NCBI GenBank assembly: GCA_965242525.1
Contig: OZ251459.1
Location: 32,001-96,000 of the forward strand
Length of the DNA stretch: 64,000 nucleotides
Source of the DNA: an uncultured Candidatus Binatia bacterium
Lineage (GTDB): Bacteria; Desulfobacterota; Binatia; UBA9968; JAJDTQ01
Direction of reading: 5' to 3'
Shown here one piece after another: positions 37,601 to 46,800 of this stretch. The notes beneath the pieces were generated by a model. It had not been told where the DNA came from. It saw only the letters and a program-made list of their open reading frames with translations, and did no database searches. Numbering within the stretch: the stretch's first letter is position 1; each line of letters starts with the position of its first letter. The translations under genes were made by a program, and so were the position numbers.

Positions 37601-40600
37601 CGCAGCATGGCGTAAACCCCGTCCAGCAGTTGCAGGTCGTAGTGGTCGGGGTCTTCCGGCGCCCATTCCAGGACGCCGTCGCAGCGCCAAGCGGGGCAGC
37701 GGTCGTAGGGCAGGTCCCGCGTGGTGGTGCGGCGGCAACTCCGGCAGCGCCGGACGCCCCGGTTGGGGTTCAGTCCCAGCCGGTCCGCGTTCACCTGGTA
37801 AACGCCGCTGACCCGGGGCAACGGGCGCCCCTTGGACCCCTTGAGGCGCACCGGCGACAGCAGCTTGCGTTCCACCAGGAAGGCGAACAGGCTTTCCAGG
37901 AACGACGGGACGGCTTCCCGGGGCACGCCCCACTTGCCGGCCATCTGGCGCAACGTGGTGTCGCCGCCGTCGCTCAGCCATTGGGTGACCAGGTTGGGCT
38001 TCTCGTGCGGTTCCCGGCGCAGCTTGGTGGCGTTGGGGGACAGGAACCCCGGAAGGTAGCCCTGCTGGATTTCCCGGTCCCCTTCCTGCCACATCTTCGT
38101 GAAGATCTCGTACTCCGGGTCGTGCAGGGCGCCCCTGCGCCGCAGGTAGTCGAGCACGCTGGCCACGCCCTCGCGCAGGCGTTCCGGCGCGAGGCGGAGG
38201 TCGTGGGCGTGTTCCTGTATCCACGGCGCGGCAGCGTCGAGGCCCCGGTATTCGACTTTCATCCGTCCCCAGGGTTCGAGGCCCAGGGCCTGTCGAGCCG
38301 ACAGCGTCACCTCTCGCAGTACCTGGAAGCGCAGGTACTTGCGGCGCTCCTGTGCGTGGCGGTCGCCGCCCCCTTCCTGTCGGGCCACCTGCCAGACTTC
38401 CGGGATCAAGGCTCGCGACAGCGTTGCGTCGGCATCCAGCAGGTCGTCGAGGCAGGCGGTGAGGTCGCCCACCGAGCGCGGCTGGGCCTTGATGCCCTCC
38501 GCCATCAGCGCCCGCAGCCGGAAGCGTCGGGCGTGGTCCTTCATCCAGCCGGCCTGGAACGCCGCGTCCTGGCGGTTATCGCAGAACACCAGCAGGCGTT
38601 GGCGTTCGGCGTGGTGCACCATGTCCTGGGTGAGGACGTGGACGTCGGCCACGTTGATGGCGCGCACCGGTCGCGCGGGTTCGCGGTATCGTCCAACGCC
38701 GGAGCGGCCCGCCGCGCTGCACGACAGGCAACTGGCGAGTTGCCCCGGGTTGTCAGCCTTCGAGTGCACCGCGTGCAGTCGGACCGCGGCGCCGGACTTG
38801 CCGCAATGAAGGCAGCGGGAGGCCGGCAGGGCATGGGCGGCGCCGCAGTGGCGGCAGAAGTGGAGCGCCGCGGTGCGGCGGGCGAGCGGCGTTTCGTCGG
38901 GCGCTTCGTCGTCATCGTCGCCGGCGCCGATGAGGCGGTCCGTCAGAACCACCCGCTTGCCCCCGAGGCTCTCTTCCAGCGGTTCCCACCACGAGCCCGC
39001 GGCCCCGGCCTCGCCGCCGCCCGGCCGCTTGCCGGTGAACAGGAAGTCCTTGAGGAACGCCACGTAGTAGTGCTGTCCGCAAGTGGTGCAGGTGGTGACC
39101 GGGAAGTGGGCTTTGCTCTCGCCTGACTCCCGGATCGCGGTTGCGTCCTCCGCGGCAAGCCAGAGCTTCGGGCCGTCCCACGCCTCCGGGAACGATACCA
39201 CGGCGCCGCCGATGCCGCGCACGAACACGTGGGCCACGGGCCGCAACAGGGGTCGGCCCTCGCGGCGCGCCGCGGCCCCAAGGGTCAGCCAGGCCAGGAC
39301 TTCCGCTTCGGTCACCACCCGCCCCAGGCGTTGCCCCAGGGCTTCGGCCAATTCGTCGAGGGCCTTGGGGGTCGTGAGCGCTTCGTTCAGGCGGAAGACC
39401 AGTTCGTTCCGGGACAACGCATCGTACAGGCGCCGGGGCCAGCCTTCCGGCCCGCCGGCCGCATCGCCATCCAGCTCCCGTCCGGACAGCGAGCGGTAGG
39501 CTCCGCCCACGCCGTCGCCCGACGCCTCTTCGTCTTCCACCGCGCGAACGCAGCGGTCGAGGATCCCGGCTGCGTCCCCGTCGGGTCCGGGCGGTACGGA
39601 ACGGGATTCCGCCCACACTTCGGATTCGTAGTCCTCCTCCACGGTGACCACCGCTTCGGAGGCCACGCCGAAGAAACGCGCGGCGAAATGGCGAGCGGCC
39701 TGCGGGTCTTCGCCATCGACGATGGTGGCGGAAGTGGCGACACAGGTGGTGTGGCCGGGGTCGGCGTTGCAGAACGCGCGCAGCCGCCGGATCAGGCAGG
39801 CCGTTTCCGCGCCCAGGGCGCCGGTGAAGGTGTGGGCCTCGTCGAACACGAGGAAGTCCAGCCGCGCCCCGTCGAACAGTTCCACGTCCTGCTGGCGCGT
39901 GAGCAGCAGTTCGAGTTGCTTCACGTTGGTGAGCAGGATCCGCGGTTGCCGGCCCGGGGCGCGCATGACCTCCCGGGAGCAGACCTCTTCCGCGGGATGG
40001 ACCGTCTCGCCCCTGCCTTCCCCCTGCGTCCGTCGGAGTCGGGCTTCGTAGTCGGCCCGTGACGAACCGGGTCCGAGCCGGACGCCGGCCACTTCCGTCT
40101 CCCGCTCCGGCGTCTTGCCCACGTAGATGCCGAAGGGGATGCCCGCGCCCGCTAGCAGCCCGCGCAGGCGCATGAGTTGATCTTCGGCCAGGGCGTTCAT
40201 GGGATAGACGACGACCGCGCTGACCCCGGGCGGCGCGCCGTCGTCCCGCAGGCGCAGGCATTGGCTGACCATGGGGTAGAGGAAGCACTCGGTCTTGCCC
40301 GAGCCGGTGCCGGTGGAGACCAGGGTGGTCCGCCCTTGGACGATGGCGCGGATGGCGCGTTCCTGATGGCTGTACAGGTGGGTGACGCGCCGCGGGATGC
40401 GCTCGCGCAGGTGGGGGTGGAGCAGCCCTTCGTTCACCAGGGCGTCCACCGAGGCGCCTTCCCGGAACGGGCGCGACAGGCTGACGTAAGGCCCCTTGAG
40501 CAGGGGCGAGCGGCGGGTCTCGTCCAGCGACAGCAGCGCCCGCATCTGTCCGTGCAGTCGCGGGTCGGCAAAGGGATAGGCGGTGAGCTGGTAGCGCAGG

Positions 40601-40647
40601 AAGCTCTTGACGACGTTCTCTGTGTAGGCAATGGGGTTCAGCGCCAT
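34681..40647 (-). CDS. YprA/DUF1998 DEAH helicase fused to a Vsr/DUF559-like nuclease and an S24 peptidase domain
   Basis: TGTGSGKT, YPMNALAEDQ, DEAH, TSAT, TPTLELGIDIG, QRTGRAGRR, several CxxC, DUF1998 (DPMPGGSG...CESSCIDCL), PDVIY..IYLDG..H..RDRAIRDWL..GY, then AAAG / GRSMEP / TVKRY. Confidence 0.9.
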   Translation of the reverse strand: MALNPIAYTENVVKSFLRYQLTAYPFADPRLHGQMRALLSLDETRRSPLLKGPYVSLSRPFREGASVDALVNEGLLHPHLRERIPRRVTHLYSHQERAIRAIVQGRTTLVSTGTGSGKTECFLYPMVSQCLRLRDDGAPPGVSAVVVYPMNALAEDQLMRLRGLLAGAGIPFGIYVGKTPERETEVAGVRLGPGSSRADYEARLRRTQGEGRGETVHPAEEVCSREVMRAPGRQPRILLTNVKQLELLLTRQQDVELFDGARLDFLVFDEAHTFTGALGAETACLIRRLRAFCNADPGHTTCVATSATIVDGEDPQAARHFAARFFGVASEAVVTVEEDYESEVWAESRSVPPGPDGDAAGILDRCVRAVEDEEASGDGVGGAYRSLSGRELDGDAAGGPEGWPRRLYDALSRNELVFRLNEALTTPKALDELAEALGQRLGRVVTEAEVLAWLTLGAAARREGRPLLRPVAHVFVRGIGGAVVSFPEAWDGPKLWLAAEDATAIRESGESKAHFPVTTCTTCGQHYYVAFLKDFLFTGKRPGGGEAGAAGSWWEPLEESLGGKRVVLTDRLIGAGDDDDEAPDETPLARRTAALHFCRHCGAAHALPASRCLHCGKSGAAVRLHAVHSKADNPGQLASCLSCSAAGRSGVGRYREPARPVRAINVADVHVLTQDMVHHAERQRLLVFCDNRQDAAFQAGWMKDHARRFRLRALMAEGIKAQPRSVGDLTACLDDLLDADATLSRALIPEVWQVARQEGGGDRHAQERRKYLRFQVLREVTLSARQALGLEPWGRMKVEYRGLDAAAPWIQEHAHDLRLAPERLREGVASVLDYLRRRGALHDPEYEIFTKMWQEGDREIQQGYLPGFLSPNATKLRREPHEKPNLVTQWLSDGGDTTLRQMAGKWGVPREAVPSFLESLFAFLVERKLLSPVRLKGSKGRPLPRVSGVYQVNADRLGLNPNRGVRRCRSCRRTTTRDLPYDRCPAWRCDGVLEWAPEDPDHYDLQLLDGVYAMLRPEEHTAMVPDDERERLENLFKGATDAVNCLVCTPTLELGIDIGQLDAVLMRNVPPLPANYWQRTGRAGRRHRMAVDVTYCRPVSHDRAYFAEPAKLLAGRIDPPAFNLRNEFMVAKHVHATVIGALHRYGRDPNRPETERHAVRGVLDGCLPGRVEPYLFRDGELRTAPFDFGALRELVRDNATDLAADVGRVFDQGWPDEDEDVTKPAALRGHVDTFADHLESVVSRLRRRLRWAMDQITRLDERRERQGALDPEDEALFRRCDRFVKRLKGQERRRSQAEGHDDSNTFNVLAAEGFLPGYGLEVGTVVGWAEIPFWHAGARDFRLPRPPAAALREYVPGNLIYANGHRFVARRFHRDLGEEQAETPVYEVSAERQAVKPASGDASSSLNGQALRTMAICDADLVHTSHISDEEDLRFQLGVAVHGLELGQHGGGQAYRWGTRPMSLRRGVRMRLVNVGASTSIRKRGVFGYPVCVVCGQSVSPFSSERQREEFRKSHTERCRRAPEDIGFYADVTADAFSLPACDDAATGYSVLEALRLGATHVLDMHVDDLQILVMGHVERPEVDAMLWDPMPGGSGLLDRLCERFAEVVGAARDVVENCAGACESSCIDCLQNFRNAYYHHLLHRRIAGERLDAWGARLAFEHPVPPLQPAERPAADAMPVNDAETRLRHLLRAAGFGEGIRNQQVRLDRTLGTTTPDVIYRAEDHEPDEGVCIYLDGLSRPLHGNPETAERDRAIRDWLRNHGYDVIEVAANDLHDENAMVQHFRRLAGYLHMLDVRNRVRDDRSWFHDAAAANERTLRLVTPTAAARYVTCVPLAPLQAAAGAFGNPRSVPDDPEWDWVELDTHRSLRPGMFAAKVVGRSMEPAIPDGAYCLFAHPVTGSRQGRVVLVQLRDAVDPDTGLRFTVKRYRSEKAEDENGWRHVRIVLEPVNREFAPIELAEEDEDAVAVVAELVEVLGVGPLGGVSAG

Positions 40648-40731
40648 CGTGGCATCCTCCGTCTCGTCACCGGAGCCGGCTGACTAGCTGGACCGCGGGC
40701 GGTTCGCGGCGCATGGAGTCGAACGCGGGCG

Positions 40732-41967
40732 TCACCAGCGCCACAGGGCGCTACAGGGTACGGCGTGCAGCCGCTCGCCGAACGGCACCACCGAACCGCC
40801 TGCGTACAGGACGATGCCGCGGACGAAGCGGTCCCCCGCGGCCTGTGCGAGGTCCCGGAGACCCGTGAAGGCGCGCTCGGAGACCGCGCGAGTGGCCTTC
40901 ACTTCGACCCCGACCACCGAACCGGCTCGGTCCTCCAGCACCACGTCCACCTCCCGTTGGTCGTGGGTCCGGTAGTGGAACAGCCGCGGGCGTCGTCGGC
41001 TCCAGCCGGCCTGCTTGAACAACTCCATGATCACGAAGTTCTCCAACAGGCGGCCCGTCGCCTCGTCCGCGGCGCGCCCGGGCGCGCCGCCGAGGTTGTT
41101 CAGGTGCGCCGCCAAGCCCGTGTCGGTCACCAGCAGCTTCGGCGCCTTGGCCATCCGCTTGCCCACGTTGCGAAACCACGCAGGAAGGGAGTGCGCCAGG
41201 AACGCTCCGGCCAGCAGCGCCAGATAGCGTTTGAGGGTGGTCTGCGGCAGCGCCAGGGTGCGGGCGAGGTCTGCGTGGTTCGCCAGTGTGGCCTGCCGTG
41301 CCGCAACCAGGGTGAGCAGGCGCGGCAGTTCGCCGATCCCCTCGACGTTGGCCAAGTCGCGGACCTCGCGCTGCAGGACCGTCTCCACGTAACTCTCGTA
41401 CCAGGCGCGCCGTCGGTGCACAGTGCGGCGCGTCATCATTTCGGGATAGCCGCCGCGGACCGCCCGCGTGAACAGGTCGGCCTGGGATACCGCGGGAGGC
41501 GGCGTGGACGGCAGGTCCGCGTCGAAGACGGCGTCCACGAAGCCTTCCACCGCGCCTTCCAGTTCTCCTTGGGAGAACGGCCACAAGGTGTCGATCTCGA
41601 TGCGGCCGGCGAGCGCCTGCGACAGGTCGGGGACCACGTTGACCGCGGCCGACCCGGTGAGCAGGAAGCGGCCCGGACGGCGGTCGCGGTCGATGGCCAG
41701 CTTGACGGCGCGGAACAGCGCCGGCACGCGCTGTACCTCGTCGATGACCACGGGGCCGGGTTGACCGGCGATGAACTGGTCCGGGTCCGCGCGCGCCGCA
41801 GCCAGCGTCGCCGCATCATCCAGGGTAAGGTACGAAGCTCGATGCGGACCGTGAGCGATTAGCTGCGCGAGAGTGCTCTTGCCGGACTGCCGCGGCCCCT
41901 GGATGAACACCGCCGGGGTATCCGCCAGCGCCTCCAGGACAACGGTCTCGATATTCCTCCGCTGCAT
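40732..41967 (-). CDS. AAA_14 ATPase with DUF4143
   Basis: GPRQSGKST, IDEVQR, LLTGSA, RGGYPE, DTGL, LLENFV, EVDVV..VEVK. Confidence 0.92.
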   Translation of the reverse strand: MQRRNIETVVLEALADTPAVFIQGPRQSGKSTLAQLIAHGPHRASYLTLDDAATLAAARADPDQFIAGQPGPVVIDEVQRVPALFRAVKLAIDRDRRPGRFLLTGSAAVNVVPDLSQALAGRIEIDTLWPFSQGELEGAVEGFVDAVFDADLPSTPPPAVSQADLFTRAVRGGYPEMMTRRTVHRRRAWYESYVETVLQREVRDLANVEGIGELPRLLTLVAARQATLANHADLARTLALPQTTLKRYLALLAGAFLAHSLPAWFRNVGKRMAKAPKLLVTDTGLAAHLNNLGGAPGRAADEATGRLLENFVIMELFKQAGWSRRRPRLFHYRTHDQREVDVVLEDRAGSVVGVEVKATRAVSERAFTGLRDLAQAAGDRFVRGIVLYAGGSVVPFGERLHAVPCSALWRW

Positions 41968-42168
41968 GGCTGAATTTTAGCCAGCTAGTGGTTGATTTGC
42001 AACCAACGACGTCTTCACACACGAGAGGATCCGTCCCCGGGACAGATGTTGTGACGCTTGGGCTGGCTGCCTGTGCTGCAAGGTTTGCCACAAGACTTTT
42101 CAGTTTGGTATAAAATGAAATCAAGACAAGTTTCGAGTTCGGTCATGTCAAGGATGGAGCAAGGGACG

Positions 42169-43302
42169 ATGGCGGATGAGACCTGCATTGCGGCGAACGT
42201 TGTCCGGCTGCGGCTGGACCGGGGGCTGACGCAGGGGGCTCTTGCGGAGCGGGCCGGGATTTCGCGGGTGGCGCTTGGCCAGATCGAGCGGGGAGCGGCC
42301 GTTCCGCGGGCGCGTACCCTCGCTGACTTGGCGAGAGCGCTGGCAGTCCCGGTGGGAGAGTTGGTCACCCCTGTCCGGCCTCTCGAAAGCGTCCGGTTTC
42401 GCGCCCGGACGCGGGTCCCGGGGCGGGAGCAGATCTTGGCAGTGGTCTCCAAGTGGCTGGGAGCCTATGTCGAGCTGGAAACCGACCTGAACGACCGCTC
42501 TCCGTTCCGCTTCGAGGCCGCTGCAACGGGCGGCGGAAGTCCCTCGGAAGTTGCGCGAGCCGCTCGTCGGGCGGTCGATCTCAGACCGGAGGAACCCGTG
42601 CGGGACATCTGTGGGTTACTGGAGGAAAACGGCGTGAAGCTCCTTCTCCTCGAGACCACTCGCGATTCCTTTTTCGGGCTGAGCGTGGGGAAGGGTGACG
42701 GTGGCCCCGCGGTGGTGGTCAACACTTGGAGTCGGATCTCGGTGGAGCGCTGGATCTTTACCGCCGCGCACGAACTCGGTCACTTGCTGTTGCATCCTTA
42801 CGAGTACCGACGAGACGCCACCGAGATGCGGGCGGAGCCGGAGCGGGGTGCCGACGCCTTCGCGGGTGAGTTCCTGATGCCGGAGACGGCGTTTGCGGAA
42901 GAGTGGGAGGCGACCCGTGGACGCTCCCTGCTGGCGCGTGTCCTCAAGGTCAAGCGGATCTTCCGGGTGAGCTACAAGACCGTGCTCCATCGGTTGGTGG
43001 AGTCGGGGCGGGAGACGTCCGCGGTCTGGCCTACGTTCCAGGGCCAGCACCGCAGCTACTTCGGCCAAACGCTTCGCAAGACCGACGAACCTGAAGCCAT
43101 CAGGAAGGGTGAGTTCGCGTGGAACTGGAGCCGCTCGGGAGAACCTGCCAGCCTCTCCGAGCACGACTTCGTCGAAGATCGGTTGTCACGGCTCGTGAGG
43201 CAGGCAGTCGAGAGTGAACGCATCTCGCTCGGACGCGCCGCCGAAATCCTGGGTCTCACGAGGGAGCGGATGAGAAAGCAGGCAGGTGAGTGGGCCAAGT
43301 AG
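42169..43302 (+). CDS. XRE-family HTH fused to ImmA/IrrE (DUF955) metallopeptidase
   Basis: LRLDRGLTQGALAERAGISRVAL..IERG HTH; FTAAHELGH (HExxH); ADAFAGEFLMP; C-terminal ISLGRAAEILG. Confidence 0.92.
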   Translation: MADETCIAANVVRLRLDRGLTQGALAERAGISRVALGQIERGAAVPRARTLADLARALAVPVGELVTPVRPLESVRFRARTRVPGREQILAVVSKWLGAYVELETDLNDRSPFRFEAAATGGGSPSEVARAARRAVDLRPEEPVRDICGLLEENGVKLLLLETTRDSFFGLSVGKGDGGPAVVVNTWSRISVERWIFTAAHELGHLLLHPYEYRRDATEMRAEPERGADAFAGEFLMPETAFAEEWEATRGRSLLARVLKVKRIFRVSYKTVLHRLVESGRETSAVWPTFQGQHRSYFGQTLRKTDEPEAIRKGEFAWNWSRSGEPASLSEHDFVEDRLSRLVRQAVESERISLGRAAEILGLTRERMRKQAGEWAK

Positions 43303-43814
43303 GACCAGTGCAGGCCGGGGCCACGGTCTTGCTCGCCGATGCGGACGTGCTCATCGACTACCGGGACTCCGATCTGACCATGCTCAAGCTCGTGGCGCAG
43401 CATGTGGGGAGGGTAGCCGTCATACCGCCCGTGCTCGACGAGGTGCATGGCCTCACCGCGGGACGATGCGCGCGACTCGGCATCGAGGTCGTCGAAGTCG
43501 AGACGGAGCAGATGCTTCAGGCCGCGGAGGTCGGGTCGAGCGTCTCGTTCAACGACCGCCTTTGCATGGTGGTGTGCCGTGGGGAAGGTTGGACATGCGT
43601 CACCAACGACGGCGCCCTCCGACGGCTGTGCAAACGCCACGGTGTCAAGTCACGTTATGGCCTTGGCCTCATGGTGGATCTGGCCGCGGCTGGTGTTCTC
43701 ACGCGAGGCCAGGCAGTGGCGGTTGCCCGCAAGATTCAAGCCTCGAATCCACTGCACATCAATGAACGGGTGATGAAGCGTTTCCTGAACGCTCTGGCCA
43801 AAATCAGCCGATGA
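43290..43814 (+). CDS. PIN-domain protein (DUF3368-like)
   Basis: LLADADVLID, VLDEV, SFNDRLC, VTNDGALRR; overlaps the XRE-ImmA stop. Confidence 0.8.
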   Translation: MGQVGPVQAGATVLLADADVLIDYRDSDLTMLKLVAQHVGRVAVIPPVLDEVHGLTAGRCARLGIEVVEVETEQMLQAAEVGSSVSFNDRLCMVVCRGEGWTCVTNDGALRRLCKRHGVKSRYGLGLMVDLAAAGVLTRGQAVAVARKIQASNPLHINERVMKRFLNALAKISR

Positions 43815-43895
43815 TCCGCGGACTTCCGGGTAAACGCCGTCGTTGGCTCTCTGGCAAGAGGGCTGCGTAGAGCGGCGTCCCTGTTTCGGGCGGCG

Positions 43896-46800
43896 CTACT
43901 CGAACAGTTTCTTCTGTCCGCTTTTCGCGGACGGTTTCGAGTCGTAATCCGGTTCGGGTTCGGCGGCCTTTGGCAGGGGCTCGGTTCCCGGGGCCGGGGC
44001 GTCGCGGCCGCTTCGGCTCCGGTACTCGGCGTCGTCCATGAGCTTGCGGGCGTAGAGGGTGTCCAGGAGCAGGAGGTGGGTCGTCTCGTTGAGATGGCCG
44101 CGGGTGCGGAGGTCGTCCACCATGGTCCAGTAGGGCGCTTCGTACAGGACCTTCCCGACGCGGACTCCGACCAGGAGCGCCACGTAGCCGTGTTCGCCGA
44201 CCAGTTCGCGGACGAAGTCGTCGGTGAGAAGGTCGAGGCAGTCCTCTCCGTCGGTGACGCGCCGCTGTGCCAGATCGACGAGGAGTTGGGCGTAGCCGTG
44301 GACGCCGAGGAGGTTGCGGGCGTGCAGGTGGCATTCCCGCCAGGATTCCTCCGCGCCCTGGGCAAGCTGCCAGTCGTGGAAACGGGAGCCGAGCTGGCTG
44401 GCCACGGGCTGCGGATGCCTGGCGCGCTCGTCGTGCCCGAGGCCGTAGTCGGCGAGGCGGAGGGTTTCCGGGAGCATCCAGCCTTCGCCGTGGTTCTGGG
44501 AGAGGAAGGCGTCGATGCCGCGCTCGCGGTCGCCGCCCGCGGCTTCGACCTTCGCTTGGAGGTCATGGAAGGCGACGAGGGTCAGGACGGTGTGGCGGAG
44601 TTCGGGGTCCTTGTCCTTGTCAACGCGCCAGAATCCCTTGGGATCCAGTTTCCCGGAATGGAATGCACCAGCAATTTCCGATTGTGGGAGGTCGCAGTGC
44701 CGCAGGATGTGGCGCAAGTCTTCCTCAACGAGGCCGAACGCTGTCGAAACCAGCAGGTCCAGGATGATGTTCATCCTCAAGCGTTCACGACCTGTCAAGG
44801 CTGGTCTCATTCGCTCGGTATAGGAAGTGGAAGATGACGACTCGGTTCCTCGCAGGACCGTGGATAGGGGCTGGATATGACGCATTTCGGCAACGCTGCA
44901 TACCGGCAGGGGAGTTTCTTCGATGATGAACCAACTCGTATGCAGCCCCGAGAAACGCACGCGAAGAGAGAAGTCATAGACGAAGGAGTTCAGGATAGTG
45001 CCAAGCGGAAGGCATTGGTCTGCGGAGCAGTTCAGAACTCCGATGGAGTGTCCGCAAGGCACACCGGCTAGTGGTGAAACGATCATCGTCCGAGTATTCG
45101 TCGATGACGTGATGTCCATGAGCGCGATCTTCGGTTTCCGCACCGCGTAGAGGTAGTCGGTACAGTGTGCTCGATCCATCAGGTACTGCGGCTCGATCTG
45201 CTTGCGCTCCCAGGGAATTTCCCGCCAAACGGAACCGCGGCCTTTGCCGCTGACCCAACCCTTCTGGCTGGAATCGAACTGGCCGATCATTCGGCCTTCG
45301 TAGAACGGCAACGCTACGTCCCTGACCCCTCCCTCTTCCCGGGCGTCGTTGCCATCCCCTGACAGAGTAGGTGCGGGCGGGACACCCACGGTCCAAGGGG
45401 GCGTTGCGTACTCGGAGGTAGTTGTAGGTGGGTCCCGGTCCTGAATCCATGCGTCCCCTTCCCGCGACAGCACCACCCCCGCTGGGATGCTTGCCCGTGG
45501 GATTGGCAGCCGGTCATACGGCGGCTGTGCGCAACGCAAGCGCCAGTCGGTACGGGCTGCGTCGCCGGGTTTCAGCAGGTGGCCATGCACGAAACGGGCT
45601 TCGGCTTCGCGGCGTTCCGGGTCGGCGGTGGTGTCGAACAGCCACTCCTCCAACTCGATTTCCGCCTGTTCCGGCTGGGAAGGATCGGCGCCGAGTTCCG
45701 CCCACAGCTCCCCGATCGGCCGCCAGTCGCCGAGCAGCCAGCGGCTGTACTCGTCGGGGCGGTAGCCCTTCGCCTCCCACTGCGGGCGGGGCGGGAAGAG
45801 GCGGGAGTCGCTGGTCATGTTGAAATCGCCTTGAGAATAACGAATGCCCCAGCCGTCCGGGCCATCGTCGCCGAGCAGCACAGCGTTGGCGTAGATCTTC
45901 TCCAGGATCTCCAGGTCGCGCTTCGACTGGATTTCGAAGATGGCGTGGCTCCTAGGGCTGAAGCGCTCGACCTGCGCCCGAGTGTAGGGGATGGTAAGGT
46001 GCTCGGCGCGCTCCCAATCGTCGAGGTTGCGGCGCATGAAGGCGGTGCGGATGGTCTCGGTGGCGGCGCCCTTCTCAACGATGATTGGGTTGAACTTGTA
46101 GCTCCTGTGGATCGGGAAGACCTTGTCGCGGTTCTCGATGCCGAACAGCCATTCCCATCGGCAGTGTCTGAGAAACAGTGTGCGCAGCGCGCCCGTGCCG
46201 AGGTCCGAGTAGAGGCCGGAGGGGACGACGAATCCGAGTCGACCGCCTATGCGAGACAAGGCATGTGCCTGTTCCAAGAACAGCTTGTATGTGTATGCCT
46301 TGCCTTTGCCTCGATGCACGAAAGGATGTGTTGTATCTGCAAAACTGAATGAACGAACTCTGGCCTGTCGCCACCGATCGTGAAATCTACTGTTCTCTCG
46401 GCTGTGAACTATAGTGTATAGTGCAACGTTCTGATTCTCGCCTGTTCCAAGGGGATCGCCGAACGGATTCGCAACATGTTTCATCCAGTTCGAATCATTC
46501 GCAAATCTACTATTGTAGTCGAGCCAACTGCATTCCACAGAGACTTCGTTAAAATAAGCTCTCTGTTTTTCTAACGCTTCCTGTTTTCCATAGGAGCGAT
46601 AGAGCGGATCGATATTTGAAAAGTATTCCTTGGAACTCGGTTGAAGTGTTTCCCACGGCGGATTGCCCAGCATCGCGTCGAAGCCCGATTCCGGCGCCCG
46701 GAACACGTCCGGGAACTCCAGCTCCCAATGGAAGAAGCGCATCTCCGCGGCGACCCGTCGGGCCACGTTCCGGGTCTCGTCCCGCGGTTGGGCGAAGGTC

